Assembly: GCA_963827165.1 (NCBI GenBank)
Contig: CAWGZR010000005.1
Location: 640,001-704,000 of the forward strand
Length of the DNA: 64,000 bases
Source: Candidatus Bathyarchaeota archaeon
GTDB lineage: Archaea; Thermoproteota; Bathyarchaeia; Bathyarchaeales; Bathycorpusculaceae
Direction: 5' to 3'
Position numbers and translations under genes: made by a program. The notes below the pieces were generated by a model. It saw only the letters and a list, made by a program, of their open reading frames with translations, was not told where the DNA came from and ran no database searches. Numbering within the stretch: the first letter of the stretch is position 1; each line of letters opens with the position of its first letter. This document shows positions 10,013 through 19,881 of the stretch, piece after piece.

Positions 10013-11737
10013 TTGAATAAAATACAAAAAATAATAGTATCTATGTTAGTTATAGCAATGAATGACTTTTTCAGCAGGCGCAGCACTACGTACATGACAT
10101 CTTACGGTCGCTTCCCTGGAGCTACCAACACGTTGGTAACCCCAGGCCAATTGACAGTCGCAGGCTCAAGCACAGTCGGTCCAATCGCTACCGAAGAGAT
10201 TAACCAGCGACTGCAGGGGGCAATTTCGTCAGCATACTGGAACAACTTAGTTAGCACTGGCGTCAGTTACTTCATCAGACATCAGTCAAGTTAACTTGGC
10301 AACCTTAGGCAGCGGAACTGCAGTTCCAGCATTAGCGACAACAACCGGCAACTGCTGACATCGGAGAAATGTCAAGACCACCAAGACGGCCGAATTTTCA
10401 ACCACAGGCATAGTAGACATGCAGCAATATGCAGTCGGCGTTGACAGTGTCGCAATCGTTGTAAGCCCTGACATGACATGGCTCCCAACAAGCCTCAACC
10501 ACAAGGTCAGAAGATTGCAGGTTGCACTATTCGCAGACACCACTCCAACAAACGACGGCAACCAAGGCCTCACAGGCGTTACAGGCTCCACAGCATTGTG
10601 CAAAACTTGGGATGACTTCTTCATAGCTCACATTCGGCATTTCAACCACAGGCGTTCCATCCGCAGCCTTATCTGCAGAACATTCTTCGCGCAGTCAGAG
10701 ATCCAACATCAGGAACATTCGACTGCTTCGACAACTATTTCATAGCTCCAAACGGCTACCAATTTGAAAACAAAGCAACTACATCGACAAGCCCCGGCCA
10801 GAACCACCGTTGACGGCTCACAACGCAAATGGCGCCATTCACATACTGCCAAGAAAACATAACATTTACAACACCGTAAGTGCAGGCAAACTAACCTCAT
10901 CCAGCGATTACATTGGCTTCATCTCACTAGGATACTTAAACAGCTACGGCGGACCACAGAATTGGGTAACAGGAACAGTAGCTAACCCAATCCCAGCCGG
11001 AATCACTTCAGCCACAACTATGATCGGCATCCCCATCTCATACAACCTGGCAGCAACACCATCAAGCGCCCCAGCAGGTTCTCCAACACCAATCCTCAAA
11101 TATTATGGCAGCTCAGGCACATACTCCTTCATAGGAAGCACCGTAAACGCACCAACTTGGGGAACAGCAGTCGCACCAACAGACGCTAACGTCATCTACT
11201 CTTACTCCGGAATCGCAGGCGCACAAGCAACAGGCATGTACAATGCATGGAGATGGCTATGGGAAGTTACCAGGTACAAACCATCTTCAGGCCCAACCTT
11301 AGTAGCAGGTGTTTGGATTGCTTACATGATGGCAGACGGCACAACTAACGCAGGCGAGACTCCAGTATCGAACTCCACGGCATCGGCTCAGGAACCAGCG
11401 ACTTTGTCGCAAGACCAAAACTACATTCTCACTCGAACGCGACGACATGGCAGGCGGACCAGTACTCGACTCTAACCTTGACAGCATACACCACACTGAA
11501 GCCTACGGCAACTCAGACTCAACATTCCCAACAGGTGTAGTCAACTTCAACGACATCACATACTTTGTTGCTGCATACATCGACTACAACGTAAACCACG
11601 TCTACAACCCATACGCAGACCAAAACGCAGACGGCGCCATCAACTTCAACGACATCAGCCTCTTCGTCGGAAACTACATAGCATACTACACAACTACGAA
11701 ACCCAACCATAAATCTCCCCCATCCTTTTTTATTTAA
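10013..11737 (+). CDS. pstS: Phosphate-binding protein PstS with C-terminal dockerin-like module; several indels
   Basis: Fragments across frames: LTVAGSSTVGP, GSGTAVPAL..DIGEMSRP, YAVGVDSVAIVV, RDPTSGTFDCF, IGFISLGY, WRWLWEVT. These are followed by VVNFNDITYFVAAY / DQNADGAINFNDISLFV. The gene is divergent from pstC. Confidence 0.82.
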
Positions 11738-11764
11738 ACAGATAATTGAAAGGAGAAACAAAAC

Positions 11765-14182
11765 ATGAACATTAAAACCTAAAACAAAACACATAGTAGC
11801 CTTGGCATTGACCCTTTTTATGGTCATGCTCGATGCTATTCGCGTGCGCGCATGCGGCGTATACCAGCGACCGGAACACCACCCTATCTTGATATTGTGC
11901 GCAACCGGCGGCGCTGCATCAACAAGCACCACCAATATTCCACTGAGCAGTTGGCACTCAATTCTCAGTAGATGTCCGAGTTGACAACTATGCAGACGTA
12001 AACCTTGGCCAGGCGCAAAAAACGGTATCAGCGGAGTCAGTTATGAGTCACATTGGAACCCAGCAGTGCTTACATACGTATCCATACTCAGAAGTCAATT
12101 GGCTACCATCACAATCAAACGCAGGTGACCTACAAAACCAGGTTGCATCAGGAAAAATAACCTTCGGACAGATTGCATTCTCAACGAGTAACCCATTCGC
12201 AGTAGCCTCAAGCGCAACTGGATCGGTATCCGCAACTATCACATTCCAAGTGGTCAGCCGCAGGCACAAGCGCTCTTACTCTTACACCTCAAGGCGCAGG
12301 CGTTCCATACATCGTCGCTCCACAAACAGTCGGAACACTCACATCAGGCCACGCAGTTACAGGATCACTCACATACAATGCACTATACAACCCACAAACA
12401 ACAGTCAGCCTATACGCAAATCCAGCAGACAGCGCAAACACCTTCCAGTTCGCAGCAGGCACAGACCCAATCGGCCAAACATTCCAAGTTGACATGTACA
12501 TCAACAACCCCAATGCAGTTCAAGTTTGGGGATGGAACTTAGGCGTAACATGGAATGCAGCAGCAATCCAACTGACAGGCATCACTGAAGGAACATACCT
12601 ATCAACAAGTAACCTAAACAATGCAAACGGCGCATCAACAATCTTCGTCCCAGGCTACGTAGACAACAACGCAGGAAACATCCCACAAGGAATCAGCGAC
12701 GTATACCTATCAGACTCCACAACAACCAACCCACAAGGTGTCCTTTGCACATTAACCTTCACCGTCATAAGCTTCACCAGCAGCAACATCAACCTAGTCC
12801 AAGGTATCCCATCACTTGAAACACTCGTAGGAACAACCCCCACGGCAGTTACACCAGCACCAGTGCTCCAAAACTTCCAATACATAACAAACTCCCCAGC
12901 AGCACCAACAAGCCCAGTTGCAAAAATCACCAACGGCGCCACAACCTACACCAACGGACAAGCCCTCTCACCAGCATTCAATTCAGGTGCATCATTCGGC
13001 TTGACCGCAGCGAACTCAGTTCCAGGAATGGACGTTATCCCGAACTCTGCAGATCTATCTTACCCGAGTTATCCAGTTACAGGATACTCATGGTCTTTCA
13101 CAGCAACTGCAGGCGCACCAACATTGTTCACAAGCCCAACGACAACTGAGACACTAAGCTTCCTCACACCAACAGTTAACTCACTTACCACATACACCGT
13201 ATCGCTAACAGTGACAACAGCATCAAATCCAAATGATGCGAGCTACATCCCAACAAGCATCGCAACAACATTCTCATTCCAAGTCCAGCCAGCATCAACC
13301 GCACCAACAACCGCAGGCGCACTATTAGACATCTACGTTACAAACCCGGGAACTCCAGTCTACAACCCATCAGTAGCCTCAACGACCAATCCAATGTACG
13401 TCCCTGACGGAAACAACGGCAACCCACTCGCAGCAGGAACAAGCGCATATACACCAAACTCCTACAGCGACGCATTCGGCCCACAAGCAGCCATGATCTT
13501 AACCGGCGTCGTAACATTCAACGGCGCACCAGTCGCAAACAAAGAAGTAACCTTCAATGTCGTAAACAATCAAGGCGTAGTAATTGGAACATACACCGCA
13601 ATGACCGACGAGAACGGAATCGCAACAGTTAGCTACAGACTTCCATGGTTTGACGGCACTTATGCAACTGGCCCAGCAAGCGAATTCGGTATCTGGAGCG
13701 TAAAGGGAGCAGTTGAAGTTCAACAAACAATCGTAACTGACAACATGCCATTCGACTTCGGAGACATAATAAGCATAGTCAGCGGCAGCGTAACACCAGC
13801 CTCATCCTCAGTGCCAAGAAGCACACTAACGATATCTACAAGCCAATCATTCACAGTCGGCCTCTCAGGCATCTCCGACCAGTCGCAAGCCTACTGGATG
13901 TCCTACACCGTGATTGATGCAGGAAACGTACCAGTCGCAACCGGCGTAGTATCATCATCAATGCCAGCAGCAGCGTACTCATCAACAGGCGGATTGACTG
14001 TAACTCCAAGCACAAGCAGCACAGGCGCATCATTCGTAATCCCGTCATATGCATTCGTCGGAACCGCAACAATCGTCGTTAACCTCTACAATGCAAACCC
14101 AGTCACTTCACTAAACACGGCCGTAACCTACTGCCCACAAGCATCAGCAACCTTCACAATAGCTATACCCTTCGGCGAATAA
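11765..14182 (+). CDS. Major scaffoldin-like secreted protein: two cohesin-like domains, PKD-like domain, Big_1-like domain, C-terminal IPSYAFVG domain; indels in the 5' part
   Basis: ATG 11765 follows the RBS AAGGAG. Cohesin 1 is WLPSQSNAGD..GQIAF..SATITFQV and cohesin 2 is VDMYINN..GWNLGVTWN..TEGTYL..LCTLTFTV. The 12494..14182 portion is intact. Confidence 0.75.
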
Positions 14183-14330
14183 GTTAAAGATGGTAAATAA
14201 TCAAAAACCATCCCTATCTTTTCTTTTTTCTTTTCAAACTAAAATTTTAATATAGCTTGTTCGGAATTTGATTTGCTTTCTGTTAGTCTAATTAAGAATT
14301 AATATTCCAACCGCTTTTCTACGTTGATTT

Positions 14331-14344
14331 TTTCTATATAGAAA
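14331..14344. promoter_or_regulatory. Palindrome TTTCTATATAGAAA at the start of a duplicated promoter block
   Basis: 14-bp perfect palindrome followed by TTCTCAATATTATATTTTGGATAG, which also occurs at ~16916-16939. Confidence 0.55.
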
Positions 14345-14424
14345 CTGCTATTCTCAATATTATATTTTGGATAGACTAAATACTTTCAGTCAAGAATTAA
14401 TTCGTAAGAAAGGGAGAGAATTAT

Positions 14425-15480
14425 ATGAATAAGAAATTCCTATTAGCAGTTTTTCTCATTGGGATCGTCTTGGCAACCGTAGTTGTGGAAGTCAGAGCCA
14501 TCAACGCTTCAACGGTGACTTTAACACTTGGCAATAACGCGAACAATCCCTCTACACAATACCCAGCCGACGCGTACTCGCTATTCACGTTAAATCAAAC
14601 CATGATATACAACGACATCGTACAAACACAGTACCCGACCGATGGGCTCGTAGGAGTACAAATCCAGGATCCAAACGGCGCCACAATGGTAATCAGGACG
14701 CTGCAAACAGGCACCACAATTCCAGACTCAATACCCATCACCATAAGCGAAGCATTCCTGTGCAACAGTGGCGAACAGAATATTACCAGCATAACGATCC
14801 CATCCGGCACCAACTTGTTTGTTCCGCAGATTTATTTCACTGTCTACAACAATCAGGCTACAGCGCAATCACTAATAGTTACCCTCAACGTATATGACAG
14901 CAACGGCATACCGTTCCCTGCAGTATCCCAAGTTATGCCTAATGTTCCGGCTTACACCTCAAAAGAATCCACTCTAAATTTCTATATCCCGTCGTGGGCT
15001 CACTACGGCACAGCTACAGCGTATGTCGACGTTTACACCGCCATGCCCAATAATAACGGCTATCCACTGGGAAAAGAATACAACTTCCCATTCACAATAA
15101 CAGGCGGGACAGCATACCAAGGTCTCCAGCCAATGACACAGAGTAAAAATGGTTCCCCAACTAACTTCTTCAGCATGTCTTTTAGACTGCCGCAGTACTC
15201 TGACGTCACACTTGGCGCCTTCACGGTCACATCCACAGCAAACTACCTGGGCGTCATGGGTTCAGAAACAACACCTTTCAGCGTCCAAGAGTTTGCAGAC
15301 GTTAATGGAGATAGCGCCGTAAACTTCAATGACATAACAAACTTTGTTGCGCTATACATAAACTACTTCGCGAACCATGTATACAGCCCACAAATAGACT
15401 TCATACATGACGGAAGTGTAATTAACTTCAATGATGTAGCTCTCTTCGTAGCGTACTACATTCAGGCTTGGAGCTCATAA
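14425..15480 (+). CDS. Secreted protein with IPSWAHYG domain and C-terminal dockerin-like module
   Basis: Signal peptide; DVNGDSAVNFNDITNFVALY..NHVYSP..DFIHDGSVINFND, very similar to the PstS dockerin. Confidence 0.8.
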   Translation: MNKKFLLAVFLIGIVLATVVVEVRAINASTVTLTLGNNANNPSTQYPADAYSLFTLNQTMIYNDIVQTQYPTDGLVGVQIQDPNGATMVIRTLQTGTTIPDSIPITISEAFLCNSGEQNITSITIPSGTNLFVPQIYFTVYNNQATAQSLIVTLNVYDSNGIPFPAVSQVMPNVPAYTSKESTLNFYIPSWAHYGTATAYVDVYTAMPNNNGYPLGKEYNFPFTITGGTAYQGLQPMTQSKNGSPTNFFSMSFRLPQYSDVTLGAFTVTSTANYLGVMGSETTPFSVQEFADVNGDSAVNFNDITNFVALYINYFANHVYSPQIDFIHDGSVINFNDVALFVAYYIQAWSS

Positions 15481-15485
15481 GAAGC

Positions 15486-16835
15486 ATGAGAAAAAAAACA
15501 ATCGCTCTGCTGATCCTCACTATCTTAGCTTTCTCTATTTTTCCTTTTGTTCCAAATACGAAGGCTCAAGGTACATCGCCAACCGTTTCACTTACGCCTT
15601 CAACAACTCAAGTGACACAGGTCAATCAATACATCTTCCTAAACGTTACAATAACTGATGTTCAAAACCTCTGGGCATGGACCGCTACTGTCACTTGGGA
15701 TCCAACAGCACTAACCCTGATTGGTTCTCCAACAGAAGGAAGCTTCCTTCAACAAGCGGGCACCACAGAATTTATCCCCACTCCTGCGAAAAACCAACCG
15801 GGCGCAGAGGTCATTAATGACGCAGTTCTGGGCTATGCCGGAGCAAGCGGAAACGGAGACTTAGCGACGATCGAGTTCCAAGTAATAGGACAAACTTCAA
15901 CAACCGTTCAGCTGGGCAATATAACTATAGAAGGTCCACCTCCAAGCGGATCGTTGTACGGCACCTCAATAACACTTGCAGCGACTTCTTCATCAGCAAC
16001 AATCACCTTTGTTTCAGGCGGAGTCCCAGCAGCCGACGCTGGACCGGACCAAACGGTTACGCAGGGCACAACAGTAACCTTCGACGGCTCAAAATCTCTA
16101 CCATCATCCATCACATCATACTCATGGAACTTTGTGTATAATGGCGCTAACGAATCGCTTACCGGCGTAAATCCCACTTTCGCATTTAACCTCCCGGGTA
16201 TATACGTTGTTACACTAATAGCTACAGACGCAAACGGCCCCAGTACACCGACAACAGTAACAATAACAGTCAATAGCAGCAGCAAACCAATCGCCGTAAT
16301 CGCGGGCGTCAGCCAAGGGCAATCAGTCCCGACAGGACAACCTATAACCCTTAGCGGCACAGGAAGTTCCGAGCCTAACAACGGAACTATAGCCAAATAC
16401 CTGTGGGGCGTTAACCTTATCTCACAAACAAGCACTGCCGGCAAAACCAGCCAAGAGACAGGAGGCGCTTTAGCGATAGGATCAAACGCCACCGTAACAT
16501 ACACTTTTTCGTCCTTTGCGTCAGATCTGAAATCAGAAACCTACAACATTACGCTAACAGTTTTCGACGCAACCAACCAAAACAACACCGCCACCACACA
16601 AATTACTGTTGTCCGCGGCACAGGCGCAACCTCAACCCCTACAGCAACCAGCTCAACTACGACATCAACCCCTGGATCCACTTCCACTTCGGGTGCAACT
16701 TCAAGCCCAACTCCCGCCTCCACATCGGACGACGGGCCACAGGCAGGTCTGCCACCCGAGGTAATAGCAATCACAGTAATCATCACTATACTGGCACTCT
16801 GCGGATCAACCATCTGGCTAAGAAAAAGAACCTAA
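15486..16835 (+). CDS. Membrane-anchored cohesin protein: cohesin, 2 PKD domains, S/T linker, C-terminal TM
   Basis: Cohesin LNVTITDVQNLWAW..TWDPTAL..EGSFL..GDLATIEFQV; PKD ADAGPDQTV..FDGSKS..YSWNF..PGIYVVTL; TM followed by RKRT tail. Confidence 0.82.
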   Translation: MRKKTIALLILTILAFSIFPFVPNTKAQGTSPTVSLTPSTTQVTQVNQYIFLNVTITDVQNLWAWTATVTWDPTALTLIGSPTEGSFLQQAGTTEFIPTPAKNQPGAEVINDAVLGYAGASGNGDLATIEFQVIGQTSTTVQLGNITIEGPPPSGSLYGTSITLAATSSSATITFVSGGVPAADAGPDQTVTQGTTVTFDGSKSLPSSITSYSWNFVYNGANESLTGVNPTFAFNLPGIYVVTLIATDANGPSTPTTVTITVNSSSKPIAVIAGVSQGQSVPTGQPITLSGTGSSEPNNGTIAKYLWGVNLISQTSTAGKTSQETGGALAIGSNATVTYTFSSFASDLKSETYNITLTVFDATNQNNTATTQITVVRGTGATSTPTATSSTTTSTPGSTSTSGATSSPTPASTSDDGPQAGLPPEVIAITVIITILALCGSTIWLRKRT

Positions 16836-16894
16836 TGAAAACGTCAAAAAGCAATTTATCTCCTCTTCCTTACGAAATTGTGCCTGTTTGAGTT

Positions 16895-16910
16895 TTATCT
16901 ATATAGATAA
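16895..16910. promoter_or_regulatory. Palindrome TTATCTATATAGATAA upstream of the cohesin anchor gene
   Basis: 16-bp perfect palindrome with the CTATATAG core, in the duplicated promoter block. Confidence 0.55.
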
Positions 16911-16990
16911 TACAGTTCTCAATATTATATTTTGGATAGGGCTAAATAATTTAGTCTAAAGATATCGCTGTAAAGGGAGAGATATATTAT

Positions 16991-17788
16991 ATGAAGAAAT
17001 TCGTGTTAGCAGTTTTTCTCGCAGTCCTCGCTTTGGTAAGCGTCATAGCAATTTACCCTTCACACGCAAGCACGGCAACAACGATGAGTATCGACTCATC
17101 TACCCAACAATTTCCCTCAGCCACGGTTGGATCCACCATACAAATAAACATTGAAGTAAGCAATGTGCAGGGTCTTTGGGCATGGGACGTAGCTGGGTTG
17201 ACGTTTAATCCTGCATACTTGAATTTAACAGGTGCTAGCGAAGGTCCGTTCCTTCAAAAAGCTGGACAGACTCTATTCATCTGGACTTCAACTTCCCAAG
17301 TTTCCTTCGCCAAAGGCGTCATTCCAGACATATCTGACGCGCTGCTTTCCTATTCCACTGAAAGCGGAAGCGGCGTCCTTGTTACCTTAACGTTCCAAGT
17401 TCTTTCCTTGGGTACTTCACAAGTAGCTTTTAACCAAACGACCCTCGATACCCCAATAAACGAAGCGACAGGAGGACACACGGACTTTGAGCAAATCCCC
17501 TGCACGAACATTAACGCAAACATAGTTTTAGGGCCAAATACAGCTACGCCTTCACCAACATTTACATCGAATCCTTCCTCAACCCCCGTCAGTTCGACCT
17601 CTCCAAAATCATCAACCACACCCACAGCATCTTCAACCGCCAAAGCATCCTCATCTCCTAACTTGACATCCACCCCGACACAAAACGCCCCGGAATATCC
17701 AATCGTCTCAATCTTAATAGTGCTTTTCGCTGTCATCACACTCTCAACTTTAGTGCTCGCCACGAAGGCTAAAGTCAACAAAAAATAG
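16991..17788 (+). CDS. Cohesin anchor protein with S/T/P linker and PEF-CTERM-like sorting signal
   Basis: Cohesin INIEVSNVQGLWAW..FNPAYL..EGPFL..GVLVTLTFQV; C-terminal APEYP, TM and KAKVNKK. Confidence 0.82.
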   Translation: MKKFVLAVFLAVLALVSVIAIYPSHASTATTMSIDSSTQQFPSATVGSTIQINIEVSNVQGLWAWDVAGLTFNPAYLNLTGASEGPFLQKAGQTLFIWTSTSQVSFAKGVIPDISDALLSYSTESGSGVLVTLTFQVLSLGTSQVAFNQTTLDTPINEATGGHTDFEQIPCTNINANIVLGPNTATPSPTFTSNPSSTPVSSTSPKSSTTPTASSTAKASSSPNLTSTPTQNAPEYPIVSILIVLFAVITLSTLVLATKAKVNKK

Positions 17789-18182
17789 CCTTTCCTCCAT
17801 TTTTCAAAAAAAAAGTAGATATTCGCAAAAACGAAACAATTCTTTTTGATTCCAATAAACTCACTCAATTTTTGCTGTTCTTGATCTACATCGGTCACAA
17901 AATTTGCAAAATTGACCGAAATAACCAATAAAGATTGAATGCACGTGGCAGTTTTCGATAGAAAACTGAACAAATTTCGTTTTCTATATTTTGAAAATTA
18001 TCTATATTGACTATATGATCTATTTGGCTAAGGTAAAATAGTTAACGTCACAATAGTTCTTTTCAGAGGGAGCGCTTCGATGTTTCATAAAAAAGGAGTT
18101 ATGACTATCTTACAGCGGCTTACGGACGATAGCGCTCACGCTTTTGGAGGCCAGCTGAACGAAACATAAGAAAATTATTTGT

Positions 18183-19871
18183 TTGGTCCTGGTCTGTATC
18201 TTTGCAATTTCTGTTTTTTCAGTAATGACGCACTTTATCAATGCTCAAACTGGTCCAATTTTAAGTATCGTTCCAACAGGCGATCCGGGGGCTACCAGCA
18301 TCACTATGCTTTCAACCCAAACCGTCGGCACAACCTTTTCCGTCGATGTCCGGATTGACGACTACTCAACCGTAAATATTGGCGGAACTAACAATGGTAT
18401 TAACGGAGCCAGTTATGTGGTGACCTGGGATCCAACAGTTCTGGCGTATCAATCTTATACTGATGGAGCTTGGCTTCCATCCCAATCAAACACTGGCGAT
18501 TTGTCAAACAAGGTCGCGAACGGACAATTAACCATAGGTCAAATCGCTTTCGGAAGCAGCAGTTTTATAACCGCTGATAGCGCTTCTGGGTCAGTTTCAG
18601 CAACCATTATATTCCAAGTTCTCAGTAACAGTGTCGGTACCACCATTGGACTTGAGCAGCAAGGAGCAAACGTTCCTTACCTTATTGCGCCGGAAACCGT
18701 AGGCGGACTCACCTCAGGCCATGCGGTTTCTGATGTTACCGCTGTGAATGCGCAATACGGAACAGTGGCTTCACCTACTCCCTCGCCCACTGGGACACCT
18801 ATACCTACTTCTTCCCCAACTCCGACACCTACCCCCACACCAACATCTTCCCCTACCCCAACGCCGACTTCTTCTCCTACACCCTCAGGACAAACCCAGG
18901 GACCAATAGCCATTATCACTAATCAAAATGGAACAACATACCAAACTGGTGAACCAATACTTCTTGATGGCGGTACCTCAACTGCAGGATACGATGCAAA
19001 TAGTGCAGAAACGTGCCCAATAACAAATTACGCTTGGCTAGTTCAGTACGAGAACGACTCTGTATTCGGTGTCTATAGCGGTGGGGGCGTAACAATTAAC
19101 GTAAACAGTGCAACGTCGCTTCATGTCACTTTGATAGTAACTGCCCCAGACGTTGATACTTCACCAAATTCTCAATACACAAACACTTCGACGACAAGCG
19201 TTTGGATTAATGTCCAAACAGCTCAGTCACTAACAAAAATGGATTTCTTCTCCAGCCAAAGCGTCTATGGACCGCAACAACTGGTGCAACTATATGTATA
19301 CGTCACGTATAATGGGGCGCCTGAACCCAATGAAAACGTGGCATTTACTGTAATAAATCCGAGTGGCACAATTGTCTCTGTGCGTACGGCCTTCACTAAT
19401 GAAACAGGCTACGCCTACACGGATTATATAACACCCAACATTGCATCGTCGATTGGGACATGGACTGCCATATCATCGGTAGAGGTCAACCAAGTAATAA
19501 TCACTAACAAGATTACCTATGAATATAACTACCTGGTCACCGTCACAACCAACGGCATTACAGTCCCCTCAACTGTTGCAAGAGGCGGCACAATAACCGT
19601 CACAGTGGCCATCCAAAACACCGGTGACATAACACTCAGCTCAGTTGTAACCATCACGATTTACGACCAGGACAACGTACCCATAGCCACCGACCTGCTT
19701 CCTGTAACCAACGCTGCTAGCGGGGCAACGGTTTCAGGAACATTTACTATTCCAACCTGGGCTGCCGTTGGAGAAGCAACGGTTTACGTTAACATCTTAT
19801 CGGCTGACCCTACAGCAGGTGGAGTCCCGTTGTGCCCTGAACAGACAGCAAATTTCCAAATAACCGCATGA
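18183..19871 (+). CDS. Scaffoldin paralog: cohesin, PT linker, PKD-like, Big_1-like and IPTWAAVG domains
   Basis: FSVDVRID..VTWDPTVL..WLPSQSNTGD..GQIAF..SATIIFQV; TPTPTP tract at ~18770-18890; C-terminal IPTWAAVGEATVYVN..CPEQ. The true start may lie ~28 nt upstream (TKHKKIICL is in frame, possible indel). Confidence 0.8.
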   Translation: MVLVCIFAISVFSVMTHFINAQTGPILSIVPTGDPGATSITMLSTQTVGTTFSVDVRIDDYSTVNIGGTNNGINGASYVVTWDPTVLAYQSYTDGAWLPSQSNTGDLSNKVANGQLTIGQIAFGSSSFITADSASGSVSATIIFQVLSNSVGTTIGLEQQGANVPYLIAPETVGGLTSGHAVSDVTAVNAQYGTVASPTPSPTGTPIPTSSPTPTPTPTPTSSPTPTPTSSPTPSGQTQGPIAIITNQNGTTYQTGEPILLDGGTSTAGYDANSAETCPITNYAWLVQYENDSVFGVYSGGGVTINVNSATSLHVTLIVTAPDVDTSPNSQYTNTSTTSVWINVQTAQSLTKMDFFSSQSVYGPQQLVQLYVYVTYNGAPEPNENVAFTVINPSGTIVSVRTAFTNETGYAYTDYITPNIASSIGTWTAISSVEVNQVIITNKITYEYNYLVTVTTNGITVPSTVARGGTITVTVAIQNTGDITLSSVVTITIYDQDNVPIATDLLPVTNAASGATVSGTFTIPTWAAVGEATVYVNILSADPTAGGVPLCPEQTANFQITA

Positions 19872-19881
19872 GTAGAGAAAA

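Noticed and set aside
10013-12500. Programmed frameshifting or phase variation in pstS and the scaffoldin
   Set aside because: The breaks are numerous and not at consistent slippery or long homopolymer sites; sequencing error or decay explains them better.
15908-17973. Long antisense ORFs (15908..16504, 17350..17973; similarly 41874..42524 and 54825..55448)
   Set aside because: They are shadows of well-supported genes on the opposite strand and have no motifs of their own.
18770-18890. DNA tandem repeat element
   Set aside because: It simply encodes a Pro/Thr/Ser linker within the scaffoldin.
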